In this document: piece by piece, positions 45,534 to 55,084 of the stretch
How the letters are laid out: each line of letters starts with the position of its first letter
Position numbering within the stretch: position 1 is the stretch's first letter
Source of the DNA: Oligoflexales bacterium
Lineage (GTDB): Bacteria > Bdellovibrionota_B > Oligoflexia > Oligoflexales > Bog-1112
Direction of reading: 5' to 3'
Assembly: GCA_045106415.1 (NCBI GenBank)
Contig: JBGCEP010000026.1
Coordinates: 11,152 to 75,151, forward strand
DNA: 64,000 bases
Notes under the pieces: model-generated
What the model saw: only the letters and a program-made list of their open reading frames with translations
The model's database searches: none
What the model was told of the DNA's origin: nothing
Made by a program: the position numbers and the translations under genes

Positions 45534-45877
45534 GAGTCTTCCTCAATTTTATCTTCGCAAAATTTAATGAGTTCTGAAAGCATGCTTGATATTTTTTGAA
45601 ATGAATTTTCTTGCTGCTCAATACTTAATGTATCACTATGGATTTCAAGATTTTGAAGCTCACTAATAAGTTCAGGTGCGAAAAAATTTGATGTACTTCC
45701 CTTTAGTGTGTGAGCTAACATTTTTAATTGCTCGATGTCTTGTTCAGAAATCGATGTTTTTATTTTTTCCATTAACTCAAGTGAGTTGTCTTTGTATTTT
45801 GAAAAAATCATTTTAAAGAGATCTTTACTGTTGTCAAAATGCTCTAAGATTTCATTGTAATTACAGATATTAGACAC
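45530..45877 (-). CDS. stand-alone HPt phosphotransfer protein
   Basis: 'LKMLAHTLKGSTSNF' is the HPt HxxKG motif. 115 aa. ATGA overlap with the downstream REC-DHp gene. Confidence 0.75.
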   Translation of the reverse strand: MSNICNYNEILEHFDNSKDLFKMIFSKYKDNSLELMEKIKTSISEQDIEQLKMLAHTLKGSTSNFFAPELISELQNLEIHSDTLSIEQQENSFQKISSMLSELIKFCEDKIEEDS

Positions 45878-46102
45878 GAAAAACCTCTTTTATAATAAGG
45901 TGTTTGTTTCTATAAGTGTAAATAAAAAAAAGAAGTGATACAACTTATACGAAAAAATTGCAAAGACGTTTTTATGTGAAAAAACATTAAAAATAGATGA
46001 ACGTTTTTTTAAATAAATGTTATGAGAACATGATCTGTAAATATGATCCCATAACAAAGCGTTATTCGTTGTTTTATAGTCATTTTTATGAATATTTTAT
46101 TT

Positions 46103-46720
46103 TTAGTTGTTTTGTTCTTCGCTATCTCCTGGAAAGATAACAAATTCTTCTCCTGTTGAAATATCTTCATAGAGGTAGGTCTCTGTTTCTTCATAACGAG
46201 ATCGTATGACATCATTTTCGTTAACTTCTTCATAGTCCTCATTATATTTATATTCTTGCTCATCACTGTGGTTGTGGTTGCTTGGTGATGAACGAATAAC
46301 GTCGGCAGAGACTGCGTCGCTAGGGTAGCAGACCCTGGGGTTATAGTGATTGATACCAGTTGCGACATTTGCAATAATATTGGTGAGAGCTCCGCAAAAA
46401 CGAGTGCTTGCAACGTCTTCGCCATCAATCTGATAAGTGATATGGGCAATATAACTGCGACCAGGCTCTGCTAAAATTTGGTATGTTGATGCGTCACGAA
46501 CTTTTGTTTGTGTTTCTCGATAAATTTCTCTATTTGAATCGAGATTTTCTCCTTCTCTGATATGAATGGTCATCACAGTTGTGTCGTAGTCAATATTGAG
46601 AGAGGGTACTGTTAAGGCAATACTTGTCTGTGTGTTTGTTATTTGATTTTGATTTGTATCAAGACTGCCGCAACTCACTGTAAGCGATAAAAACATAAGG
46701 GATATAACTGAACTTTTCAT
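46103..46720 (-). CDS. lipoprotein of unknown function with acidic C-terminus
   Basis: Lipobox 'LSLTVSC'. 205 aa. The overlapping track ORF 46009-46449 is in another frame and looks spurious. Confidence 0.6.
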   Translation of the reverse strand: MKSSVISLMFLSLTVSCGSLDTNQNQITNTQTSIALTVPSLNIDYDTTVMTIHIREGENLDSNREIYRETQTKVRDASTYQILAEPGRSYIAHITYQIDGEDVASTRFCGALTNIIANVATGINHYNPRVCYPSDAVSADVIRSSPSNHNHSDEQEYKYNEDYEEVNENDVIRSRYEETETYLYEDISTGEEFVIFPGDSEEQNN

Positions 46721-46856
46721 TTAAAACCTCTTCATTGAACCTGAATAACGTATCGGTGAAGAAGAGTGAAAATCGAACGAATAAAGCATGTTTTTGTAAC
46801 ATATTAAAATATAAAAGATTTACTTTGGTGTTAAAGTTTTTTTAAGAAGGATTTAT

Positions 46857-47216
46857 ATGAAGATGATATGGGTTATTTTAGGGCATTTTTTTTTAATGAT
46901 AGGATTTGTTGGAGCTTTTGTACCTTTATTACCAACGACCCCTTTTTTACTTCTTACTTTTTTTTGTTATTCAAGAGGATCCGAAAAATTTCAAAAAAAA
47001 CTTCTTGCTCATCCATGGCTAGGTCCTCCTATAAAAGATTGGTTAGATCACGGTGTTATTAGGTTTCAAGCAAAAATCATGTCTATTTTAATTTGCTTAT
47101 GCAGTTTCTTTATGCTTTGGTTTGTTTTTGCTATTCCACAATTAGCGAGGCTATGTGCGACGTTGATCTTGGTGAGTGTTTGTTTTTTTATTTATTCACG
47201 GCCCTCAAAATTTTAG
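46857..47216 (+). CDS. YbaN-family (DUF454) inner-membrane protein
   Basis: 'GFVGAFVPLLPTTPFLLLTFFCYSRGSEKFQKKLLAHPWLGPPIKDW' matches the family hallmark. 119 aa. Confidence 0.8.
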   Translation: MKMIWVILGHFFLMIGFVGAFVPLLPTTPFLLLTFFCYSRGSEKFQKKLLAHPWLGPPIKDWLDHGVIRFQAKIMSILICLCSFFMLWFVFAIPQLARLCATLILVSVCFFIYSRPSKF

Positions 47217-48128
47217 GCAAGTAGATAAAAATATAGAAATAGAAATAAGAGAATATGATCCCCAGATACTATTGTGTAGTGATGTTTTGAAGGTTTTAAT
47301 TTCTTTAAATTTATGAGTTTGTGTTTTAGATGCGTGTTGATGCAGTTTATGTCTACAAAAAATTAGGTAGGATGCACCAAAAAAAGTATGCATTGAGGTG
47401 TGTGTATAGGCAATGAAAATCCACATAAAAGAAGTTAAATCTATACATAGTAAGACTTTATCTCGTACCCAAAGATGACCCTTAGATGTTGTGTATGTTT
47501 TTTTACCACCTATGCGGTCGCTTTCTTCGTCAGCTAATCCACTGGCTAAAGCGCTAGCCATGGCTGATGGGGCACCTGCACAAATAATAAGAAACTCTTC
47601 AGGTAGAGTTTTAAGGCCCGTTGCTCGTAGAAAAAGAAGTGGTAAAAGGAGACCCACACCAATGGTTTCGATCCATTCGCCACCACCGCGATAATTTAGT
47701 TTTAAAGGAGAAAAAGAGTACGACTGTATAAATAGAATTGCTAAGAAGGGGAGATATATAAAATCAGGGTCTTTTTGATGATAAAAACACCCTATAGATA
47801 GAAAGCCTAAAATCGATAAAAAAGATGCTAATTTTATAGAGCGGATAGAAAGAATTCGATCAGGTATCGTTTTAGGAGAGCATGTATGAGGGAATTGTTT
47901 CCTTTTAATGGTATCAACTTTGATATCTGCCCAATCATTGCATAGCACAATAGATATAACTAAAAAAACAGCAAGAAAAATGGAAAAGATAAGAGACTCC
48001 CATTGTAGCTCTTGATATTTCCACCCTATAGAAAGCCCTAGCCATGCAGGGACGATAATTTTAGGCCAACTTGCGAGTTTTATTGCGTAGACCCAAGATC
48101 TTAGAGTGTGCTGCTTTGTTTTCATCAA
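47205..48128 (-). CDS. UbiA-superfamily prenyltransferase
   Basis: The first Asp-rich motif is 'NDWADIKVD'. It is polytopic, 307 aa. Its 3' end overlaps the convergent ybaN-like gene by 12 nt. Confidence 0.75.
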   Translation of the reverse strand: MMKTKQHTLRSWVYAIKLASWPKIIVPAWLGLSIGWKYQELQWESLIFSIFLAVFLVISIVLCNDWADIKVDTIKRKQFPHTCSPKTIPDRILSIRSIKLASFLSILGFLSIGCFYHQKDPDFIYLPFLAILFIQSYSFSPLKLNYRGGGEWIETIGVGLLLPLLFLRATGLKTLPEEFLIICAGAPSAMASALASGLADEESDRIGGKKTYTTSKGHLWVRDKVLLCIDLTSFMWIFIAYTHTSMHTFFGASYLIFCRHKLHQHASKTQTHKFKEIKTFKTSLHNSIWGSYSLISISIFLSTCLKF

Positions 48129-48227
48129 TAACCTTGTTTGAGAATGTTTGCTATATGGGGGTACATGATTTCTATGTTGTGAGTCAATTTAAATCAAGTA
48201 TCGTGATCTCATTGTGTAGGTTGCTTT

Positions 48228-49772
48228 ATGAAGGGTATATTTGATTTCATTCATGATACTTTTAAGGAACCTGAGTTGTGTTATGATTTCGATAAATTTG
48301 ATAAGGACCATAAGATGCCGGACTATGATGCTTTTTTGTGGTTTTCTCTAATTATTTCTATTGTCATGTTGGTTTGGTCCTGTGTTGAAGTCGGGAGTAA
48401 TGATGCTGCGAATTTAGTGAATGCAGTTTCTGGAGCTTCTATATTGAAAAGAACGTCAGCTGTTTTTTATGCAAGCGTTTTTGTTGTTTTAGGAGCTCTT
48501 TGCTCGGGCCAAGTCATGGATACGGTGAGAAAAAGTATTTTTGATGTCGGTTTGTTGAGTTCCTATCAAATGATTTCTATTTTTATTTCATCTTACTTTA
48601 TCAATACAGTGATTCTGTTTGTGTGTTCATGCTATGGACTGCCTGTGAGTACAACAGCAACATTAGTGTTTTCACTCGCAGGGGGAAGCTTAGGAGTTAT
48701 GTGGTCGTCTCACATTGTTCACTGGGATGTTTTAATCCAAGTGGGTATGGCGATGGTTTTTTCTATTTTCTTAAGCGGAGTGTTAGGTTTTATTGCGCAG
48801 AAATTTTTAAGAAAATTTATTGGGCCAAACTGTAGAGACCCTCAAGTGATTAGGAAGCATGGTGGTTGGATCGGTGCTTTTTCTTTGAGTTTTTTAATAT
48901 GGTTTCTGTTGTTTAAGGGGTTTAATAATCTTGCTCAACCGTTATTAAATATAGCGGATGGTTATGTTTTTTTTATCGGTATTTTCATCATGTTTTTTAT
49001 GATTATTTCTCTTTGTATTTGTTTTTTCCAAGAATATGTGTCGAGGTATTTATTTGATTTCTTAGCAATTTTTGGGATGTTTAGTATGGCGTTTGCTTTT
49101 GGTCAGAATGACTTAGCAAATTGTGCTTCTCCTGGTTTGGCTATTATCATGATTTTTTTTGAGGACGTTGGAGGTCAAGTTTCTGTACCATGGTGGGCTT
49201 TGCTAGGGTGTGGTCTTTTGATTAGTTTGGGTATGAATACCAAAAGAGCTAAAAGGGTCACAGAAGCAGAAATGATGACAGCATCACAGAAAAAATCCCC
49301 TGATCTTTATGTCCCAGGATGGTGCTTACAAATTGTGAAAAAATTTAAAAAGCCTTCTTTAGATGGGGTGCTTTTATCACAATATGAAGTTGAACTACAT
49401 CATCAGACATACTATGACCCTTTGAGAGCGTGTGTCATTTTGACCGTTAGTGCGAGCGTTATTGTACTGGCTTCGAGTTTTGGACTTCCTGTTTCAACAA
49501 CCTATGTCAATTTTGCTGCTGTCGTCGCCTCGGGTTGGGGCGACCAAGTTTTTATCCAAGAATCAGCAGAGCAAAAGCTGGGGCGGGCGATTTGGGTTGT
49601 GGCGTGCTGGTGCTTGTCAATATTAGCAGCTGTTGTAGGAACAGCTTGTATGGCCTATTGGGTGGATATGGCTGGAATATGTGGGTTGATGAGTGGTTTT
49701 TTGAGTGTTGTTGTTGCTCAGTTTTATTTCAAGAAAATATCTGATGAGCATGATAAATCTCATTTTTCTTAA
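48228..49772 (+). CDS. PiT-family (PHO4) inorganic phosphate transporter
   Basis: The duplicated signature is 'GSNDAANLVNAV' and 'FGQNDLANCASP'. It is polytopic, 514 aa. Confidence 0.85.
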   Translation: MKGIFDFIHDTFKEPELCYDFDKFDKDHKMPDYDAFLWFSLIISIVMLVWSCVEVGSNDAANLVNAVSGASILKRTSAVFYASVFVVLGALCSGQVMDTVRKSIFDVGLLSSYQMISIFISSYFINTVILFVCSCYGLPVSTTATLVFSLAGGSLGVMWSSHIVHWDVLIQVGMAMVFSIFLSGVLGFIAQKFLRKFIGPNCRDPQVIRKHGGWIGAFSLSFLIWFLLFKGFNNLAQPLLNIADGYVFFIGIFIMFFMIISLCICFFQEYVSRYLFDFLAIFGMFSMAFAFGQNDLANCASPGLAIIMIFFEDVGGQVSVPWWALLGCGLLISLGMNTKRAKRVTEAEMMTASQKKSPDLYVPGWCLQIVKKFKKPSLDGVLLSQYEVELHHQTYYDPLRACVILTVSASVIVLASSFGLPVSTTYVNFAAVVASGWGDQVFIQESAEQKLGRAIWVVACWCLSILAAVVGTACMAYWVDMAGICGLMSGFLSVVVAQFYFKKISDEHDKSHFS

Positions 49773-49879
49773 AAAAAGCATGGTAGGAATTTGTTTTTTG
49801 AATAAGAGTTGGATTTTTTATTGTGTTATGGAAAAGTTAAGTTATATCTTTTAAGCGACAAAAGAATGGAGATTTATAC

Positions 49880-50494
49880 ATGCAACGTGTTGAGGGTGCT
49901 CAGAAAATAGGTACTCAAGTCGTCATTGATGAAGAGAATTTGAAAAGTATTATTCTCGTTTTGAGTGAAGAAGCCCCTGAACTTACAGAAGAGCAACTCC
50001 GAGAAGTGGCTCTGAAAGCTGTTGATGAAGGGCAACTTCATAATCGTGATTGGTTGACAGAGGAGATCGCGAAACAAAGAAGGTCTTTGATACCTGAACC
50101 CCCAAGTTCAATTCCTGTAAATGAAGTTTGTGAAATAAAAACTATTGAAGAACTCCAAGCTGTCATTGCACGTCATAAAGCTTGGATGGAAGCTGTTTTG
50201 TCAGGTAAAGGGCCTTCTGAGGGGCGCGCTGTTTTTCGACATACCAATTTAGATGGATATGACTTTAAAGGAAGTAACTTAAGCTGTGCTGATTTTCGAT
50301 ATGCATCTGTCATTGGAGCAAACTTTGAAGGCTGTAACCTTTCTCGAGCTAAGTTTGATGGGGCATGCTTGAGGAGTGCAAATTTTTCACATACACAACT
50401 CAAAGGAGCCTCGTTCCAAGGAACTGACCTTAGAGGGGTGTCGTTTGTTGATGTTGATCACCTGGGGTGTGATTTGTCTGCTGCTATCACATAA
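49880..50494 (+). CDS. pentapeptide-repeat protein
   Basis: The C-terminal half 'SNLSCADFRYASVIGANFEGCNLSRAKFDGACLRSANFSHTQLKGASFQGTDLRGVSF' is a clear A(D/N)LXX repeat run. Confidence 0.8.
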   Translation: MQRVEGAQKIGTQVVIDEENLKSIILVLSEEAPELTEEQLREVALKAVDEGQLHNRDWLTEEIAKQRRSLIPEPPSSIPVNEVCEIKTIEELQAVIARHKAWMEAVLSGKGPSEGRAVFRHTNLDGYDFKGSNLSCADFRYASVIGANFEGCNLSRAKFDGACLRSANFSHTQLKGASFQGTDLRGVSFVDVDHLGCDLSAAIT

Positions 50495-50500
50495 AAGTCA

Positions 50501-50686
50501 TTAGAAGCAACGAATGGTCCCAGCAATTTTAACAACTCGCGACCCACCTGTCTTATGACAACGAATTAATGACTTTTGATATTCAACCGCTTCTTGCTCG
50601 TTAATTGCTTCAGAGCTACTCACGCGACTCATACTGCCACCTGCGCAGTGTGTAAGCATGAAAAGAAAGAAGATCCATCTCCACAT
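50501..50686 (-). CDS. small (61 aa) exported/lipoprotein-like protein
   Basis: AAGGAG lies 6 nt before the ATG at 50686. The hydrophobic N-terminus 'MWRWIFFLFMLTHCAGG' has a non-canonical lipobox. There are two further Cys. Confidence 0.4.
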   Translation of the reverse strand: MWRWIFFLFMLTHCAGGSMSRVSSSEAINEQEAVEYQKSLIRCHKTGGSRVVKIAGTIRCF

Positions 50687-50858
50687 AAAAGACTCCTTCA
50701 TTGTGAATATATGATTATAGCAACTCTTTTGATTTTTGCGGTTAGGGCTATTTTGCCGACCGGAGAACGATCTATTGTTTTTTCCTCTCTTGCATGAAAA
50801 GCATTCGCTGCATAATATGCCGAAGAGTCTGCGTTGGATTCTACTAAGGAGAGAACTG

Positions 50859-51899
50859 GTGAGAAAAATAGTTGAACTTTCAGATTTTGAACAAGCTAAA
50901 ATATTTAGAAATTATTTAAATTCTCAGGGCATAACTGTTCACCAACCAGATGATGAAGATGGTGTGATTTGGGTTTTATCTGATGATCAGATTCATGCTG
51001 CGAGACTTGAGCTTCAAAGATATGAAAAAAACCCGCAAGATGAAAAATATACAAATGTAAAACCAACCCTTGAAGCTGCTGAGGTAAGGCGGCGATATCG
51101 AGAAGTTGATGTCAGAACACGCCGTTATCAAGACTCTCAAGCGATGACAACTCCTTTAGTAACTTTGTCATGTCTTTTGCTCTCGGTAGGTGTTTATTTT
51201 TTGCCGCGAGGACATGGTTTATTGAATAGTTTTCGTATTAGCTTGTACTCTATGAGTCTTGGGTTTTCAGAACATTTTTTAATGGAAGTGATGCAAGGTC
51301 AAATATGGCGCCTCGTGACTCCTATTTTTTTACATAGCGGTTTTTTACATTTGTTGATGAATATGCTGTGGCTATGGCAGTTGGGTGGACCGCTAGAACA
51401 GAAAGAAGGAAGTCGTTGGACAGGTTTTTTGATTTTATTGATTGCGATACCCTCTAATGTTGCTTTCTATGTTGTGTCAGGACCCTGGTTTGGAGGGATG
51501 AGTGGTGTCATTTATGGCCTTTTAGGGTATATGGCGGGCCGTGATTACTTAGAGCAGGAAGACCGTTACGGTGTTGATCAGGGGACGGTCACATTTCTTG
51601 GTGTATGGTATGTGGTCTGTATTACAGGGCTTGTTGGAGCTGTTGCAAACACGGTTCACGGTGTTGGAGCTTTGATGGGTCTGATTGCGGCTGCTGTTAG
51701 AGCTGATGACAAGAAATGGCTGATCTTACGACGAAATCATAAAGTAGGGCAAAAGGCGCTTATTGGCCTTGCTTTATTGGGTGCTGCGGTGCTGTCTGAT
51801 CGGTATGTTGCTGTAAAGCAAAACCATAGAGCCACGGAAAGTTATGAGTTGAAAGTTCGTGAGTTTCTGAGAGACCGCGCTGTTCAAGAAGAAAAATAA
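50859..51899 (+). CDS. rhomboid-family intramembrane serine protease (GlpG-like, with cytoplasmic N-domain)
   Basis: GTG at 50859 lies 7 nt after AAGGAGAG (track start 50736). The N-domain 'IVELSDFEQAKIFRNYLNSQGI' is GlpG-like. 'HLLMNMLWLWQLG' and 'GGMSGVIYGLLG' provide the catalytic Ser. Confidence 0.85.
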   Translation: MRKIVELSDFEQAKIFRNYLNSQGITVHQPDDEDGVIWVLSDDQIHAARLELQRYEKNPQDEKYTNVKPTLEAAEVRRRYREVDVRTRRYQDSQAMTTPLVTLSCLLLSVGVYFLPRGHGLLNSFRISLYSMSLGFSEHFLMEVMQGQIWRLVTPIFLHSGFLHLLMNMLWLWQLGGPLEQKEGSRWTGFLILLIAIPSNVAFYVVSGPWFGGMSGVIYGLLGYMAGRDYLEQEDRYGVDQGTVTFLGVWYVVCITGLVGAVANTVHGVGALMGLIAAAVRADDKKWLILRRNHKVGQKALIGLALLGAAVLSDRYVAVKQNHRATESYELKVREFLRDRAVQEEK

Positions 51900-51984
51900 G
51901 GAGAGATTTACGATAAAGGTATTGTGAATCAAAATTGCACAGTAATAAAGGAGGGAATATTTTTTTTGATCTCTCCTTTTTTTG
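51898..51984 (+). terminator. long-loop hairpin plus T-tract after rhomboid gene
   Basis: AAGGAGAGAT (51898-51907) pairs perfectly with ATCTCTCCTT (51969-51978) and is followed by TTTTTTG. The ~60-nt loop makes this atypical. Confidence 0.35.
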
Positions 51985-52139
51985 TGCCCTTTTCCTATAA
52001 GGTTTTATAAATAAAGTTATATTTCCAAAGATTTTTTTTTTTTTATGTTATTGATTTTCCGATACGATGCACTGTGAGCCCAGGAGTTTGCTAGACTTGC
52101 GTCATGGGTTTTTTGCTTGTGGTGTGTAAGGGAGACAGC

Positions 52140-53279
52140 ATGATTTTATCGAGAGGGTTGATCGCTATAGGGATATGGTCTCTGATCAGCGCAGGATGTA
52201 TCACTCGAAAAGATAAAGCGAACAATGAAGCAGCAGGGCCAAGTACGATTGCTGCGAATTATAATTCATCAGCAGGTGAGATTATTATTCCTGTTCCAAA
52301 GGATTTGCCTGATGGGAAAACATTTTCTGCTTTCCCCAGCAATAGTAACAGAAAGCCAAATATTCTTAATGGTTTGAATCTTGCTGATGAAACATGGGGT
52401 AGAAATACTTCTGGAAATGTTGAGTCCATGGATATTAAATGTTTTGCACCTGCGAGTTTTGGAAAAAAAGAAGATTGGTATTTCTTTGCGCAAGTCTTAT
52501 CAGGCGATTCCGTCCGTACAGAACAGGATTTTCAGCTCGATAATTGTGGAGACATTCAGATTAACGCTCGAGATCTTGATATTTCACAAACATATGTTGT
52601 TAGAGCTCAGTTTTACTATAGTACAGATGATAAAACGATCGTTTACTATGAAGGAACTTCGAAGCCTTTCAAGCCGCAGGATCGAAGCCTAGATCTGATT
52701 TTAGAGAAGAAAAGAATTGATCAAGACGTTGAAGTTGATGTCCAAAAAACAGAGTCTGAAATCTGTATGGAGAATGGTCATAAATGGACAGGTCGCGCTT
52801 GTGTGGGGGGAGATGCTTATGCAACGCTTCGGTTTGCGCATTCTGATTTGTGCTTAACTGAAAGTTCCGATGGCCGCCTGTTTCAAGCAACCTGTGATGG
52901 AACAACGCGTCAACAATTGAAATTAATTTTAAGGTTTAAGGCGTCGACGTATGACCCTCGGGCAACGAAAGGTGGTGGGTTGTATTCTCTGCAGTTTCAA
53001 AAAAGTAAACTATGCTTAACTGCAATCTCAGGGAAACCTCAATTAAGAGATTGTTTATCTGGCGCAGCTTCAGCTGAACTACGATCAGCTCAAGCCTTCC
53101 GACTGGACTGGTCAGGTAAGACGGAACGGTTTCAAATGGTTGCTCTTCCAGTGGAATCAAGCACATGCCTTACGGTCGAATCAAATCTTTTAGAAACATC
53201 TCCTGTAGATTTTGGTTCGTGTAATCGTTCTGGTTCGAATGAAACAAACCGTTTTTTCTACATGACACCGGCTCAGTAG
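52140..53279 (+). CDS. lipoprotein with C-terminal ricin-type beta-trefoil-like lectin region (tentative)
   Basis: ATG at 52140 follows GGGAG. Lipobox 'LISAGC'. Three C-terminal sub-repeats each have 'CLT' and Q/W features ('DLCLTESSDG', 'KLCLTAISG..QAFRLDW', 'STCLTVES'). Confidence 0.6.
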   Translation: MILSRGLIAIGIWSLISAGCITRKDKANNEAAGPSTIAANYNSSAGEIIIPVPKDLPDGKTFSAFPSNSNRKPNILNGLNLADETWGRNTSGNVESMDIKCFAPASFGKKEDWYFFAQVLSGDSVRTEQDFQLDNCGDIQINARDLDISQTYVVRAQFYYSTDDKTIVYYEGTSKPFKPQDRSLDLILEKKRIDQDVEVDVQKTESEICMENGHKWTGRACVGGDAYATLRFAHSDLCLTESSDGRLFQATCDGTTRQQLKLILRFKASTYDPRATKGGGLYSLQFQKSKLCLTAISGKPQLRDCLSGAASAELRSAQAFRLDWSGKTERFQMVALPVESSTCLTVESNLLETSPVDFGSCNRSGSNETNRFFYMTPAQ

Positions 53280-53295
53280 GATGTGCTAGTGAAAT

Positions 53296-53335
53296 AAAAA
53301 AGAACTGCTTTCATGAGCGAAAGCAGTTCTTTTTT
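53296..53335. terminator. bidirectional rho-independent terminator between convergent genes
   Basis: A 12-bp perfect stem AGAACTGCTTTC/GAAAGCAGTTCT (53301-53312 and 53319-53330) has a 6-nt loop. It is flanked by AAAAA upstream and TTTTT downstream. Confidence 0.85.
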
Positions 53336-53349
53336 ATGTTTTGAAATTT

Positions 53350-54498
53350 TTAGGATTGTTGTGACAAAGGAAGAGTTAAAGTAAAGGTTGTTCCTTCTCC
53401 CACAGTGCTTTCTACATCTAGAGATCCTTGCTCTTCTTCTATAATGCCTCTACAAATCGAAAGACCTAATCCGGTGCCTTGTTCTTTGTCTTTGGTGGTA
53501 AAAAATGCCTGGAAAATTTGCTCTAAATGTTCTTGCTTAATTCCTGGACCATTATCTATGACCTGAATGAGAACTTTATCGTCTGCAGTTTTAGCGTCGA
53601 GTGTGATTTTTTTCTCATGGATTTCACTGTCTTTTAAAGCATCTGCTGCATTGGAGATTAGGTTTATAATGACTTGCTCTATTTTGTCTGACCGAGCCCA
53701 AAAACAAATTGATTTTTCAAGTGTGTTGTTTGTTAAGAAGGCCCCGCTTGCTTTAATGCGGTTTTCAACAATGAGGAGGCAATTATCTAACATTTCAGAG
53801 AGTTCAACCTCTTCAATGGGCCGCACTTCTTGTCTCATGAACTGTTGTAAATGAGTTGTTAGTCGGGCGATGTGCTTTGCTGCTTTGTCTATTTTTTCAG
53901 GGATTTTTTCTAAAAGGTTTGCATCATTGTTTTCTATCGCTTTTTTTAAGAAGTGGTTGTACGAGGTGATGATCGAAAGGGGGTTACGAATATCGTGTAT
54001 AATACCAGCAGAAAGTTCTCCAATTGAAGCGAGTTTGCTCTGCTCGTGAAGTTGGGACTTAAGTGAGGCAACCTCCCTTAAGTCTCTTATAATACTGAAT
54101 GTTTTTATGAATTCGTCGCCTCTGTAAATTGAAATCGAACGAATTTCAATAGAAATTTTCTCACCAGATTTTGTGAGCATTTGAGTTTGGACCCCTTGAA
54201 TAAGTCCAACTTTTTTTAACTCCTTGAAACCTAATTTGACTTTGTCTTGAATTTCCTCGGGATAAAGCTCATAAATGCTTTTACCAATGAGTTCGTCTAA
54301 ACTATAGCCTAATAATTCAGTGGCTTTTTTGTTGGTAGAAAGAATATGGCCATTACGGTCTACAGAGTGAATAATATCTGGGAAACTCCAAACGATTTCC
54401 TCAAAAATATTTTTAGATATCGAGTTATCATCCTTTACTGAATCAGCAAGGCTTAAAACTTCATCATGTGTCTTATCATGGCTCATATCGACTTTCAT
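53350..54498 (-). CDS. cytoplasmic PAS-domain sensor histidine kinase (PAS-HisKA-HATPase_c)
   Basis: The PAS domain shows 'RNGHILSTNKKATELLGYSLDELIGKSIYELY'. The H-box is 'AGIIHDIRNPL' and the N box is 'LISNAADA'. The G boxes are 'DNGPGI' and 'GTGLGLSI'. I see no TM segment. Confidence 0.88.
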   Translation of the reverse strand: MKVDMSHDKTHDEVLSLADSVKDDNSISKNIFEEIVWSFPDIIHSVDRNGHILSTNKKATELLGYSLDELIGKSIYELYPEEIQDKVKLGFKELKKVGLIQGVQTQMLTKSGEKISIEIRSISIYRGDEFIKTFSIIRDLREVASLKSQLHEQSKLASIGELSAGIIHDIRNPLSIITSYNHFLKKAIENNDANLLEKIPEKIDKAAKHIARLTTHLQQFMRQEVRPIEEVELSEMLDNCLLIVENRIKASGAFLTNNTLEKSICFWARSDKIEQVIINLISNAADALKDSEIHEKKITLDAKTADDKVLIQVIDNGPGIKQEHLEQIFQAFFTTKDKEQGTGLGLSICRGIIEEEQGSLDVESTVGEGTTFTLTLPLSQQS

Positions 54499-54601
54499 AA
54501 GCTACCTATGTTATGCAATCGGAGCTATACGGCGCTTTTATGAGTGCCTGTGGCTTACTTTTTTAAAAAGTTTTTTTTTTATAAATACTTAGGTGAAAAA
54601 A

Positions 54602-54940
54602 ATGTCCGGTTTAGATAAAAAATGCCCAGAATGGGCACAGCAAGCGATTGAACAGTTAAGACAAATTGAGGTTTATTTAGGCCATATTCCAAAAGCATCG
54701 GATTGGGGAGCTGACTTTATAGATAAAGTTAACTCTAGAGCTTTTTCACCTGAGGACCAGGTTTTTGATGAAGATAAAGCTCAACTTGTATTCCAAAAAA
54801 TTTGTGTCAGTCTGACTCAAGAGAGTGCAGAGTGGACTCCTGAGCGTATCGCTGAAGTGATTAATCTGAGGATCGGTTACAGTGAAGGGCCAAAATATTG
54901 TGATGCAAGTGAAGTAAAAGACGCTTTAGAAGCTGTCTGA
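54602..54940 (+). CDS. hypothetical protein
   Basis: ATG at 54602 lies 6 nt after AGGTGA (track GTG at 54593). 112 aa. I recognise no family. Confidence 0.5.
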   Translation: MSGLDKKCPEWAQQAIEQLRQIEVYLGHIPKASDWGADFIDKVNSRAFSPEDQVFDEDKAQLVFQKICVSLTQESAEWTPERIAEVINLRIGYSEGPKYCDASEVKDALEAV

Positions 54941-55084
54941 TATTTAAGTTATTGGAATATAGTGAAGCGGCCCTCATGTTTCAGATGAGGTAAATATACT
55001 GTTCCTAATATATGACTGATGATTCATGGGGAATGGTCATACTAATGACGTAAATTAAACATTAAATATAGGTTTGATTTCAAG

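Noticed and set aside
46009-46449. 146-aa minus-strand ORF overlapping the lipoprotein gene 46103-46720.
   Set aside because: It is in a different frame of the same strand and has no signal peptide or SD. The lipoprotein frame has a clean signal peptide, a lipobox and a longer ORF.
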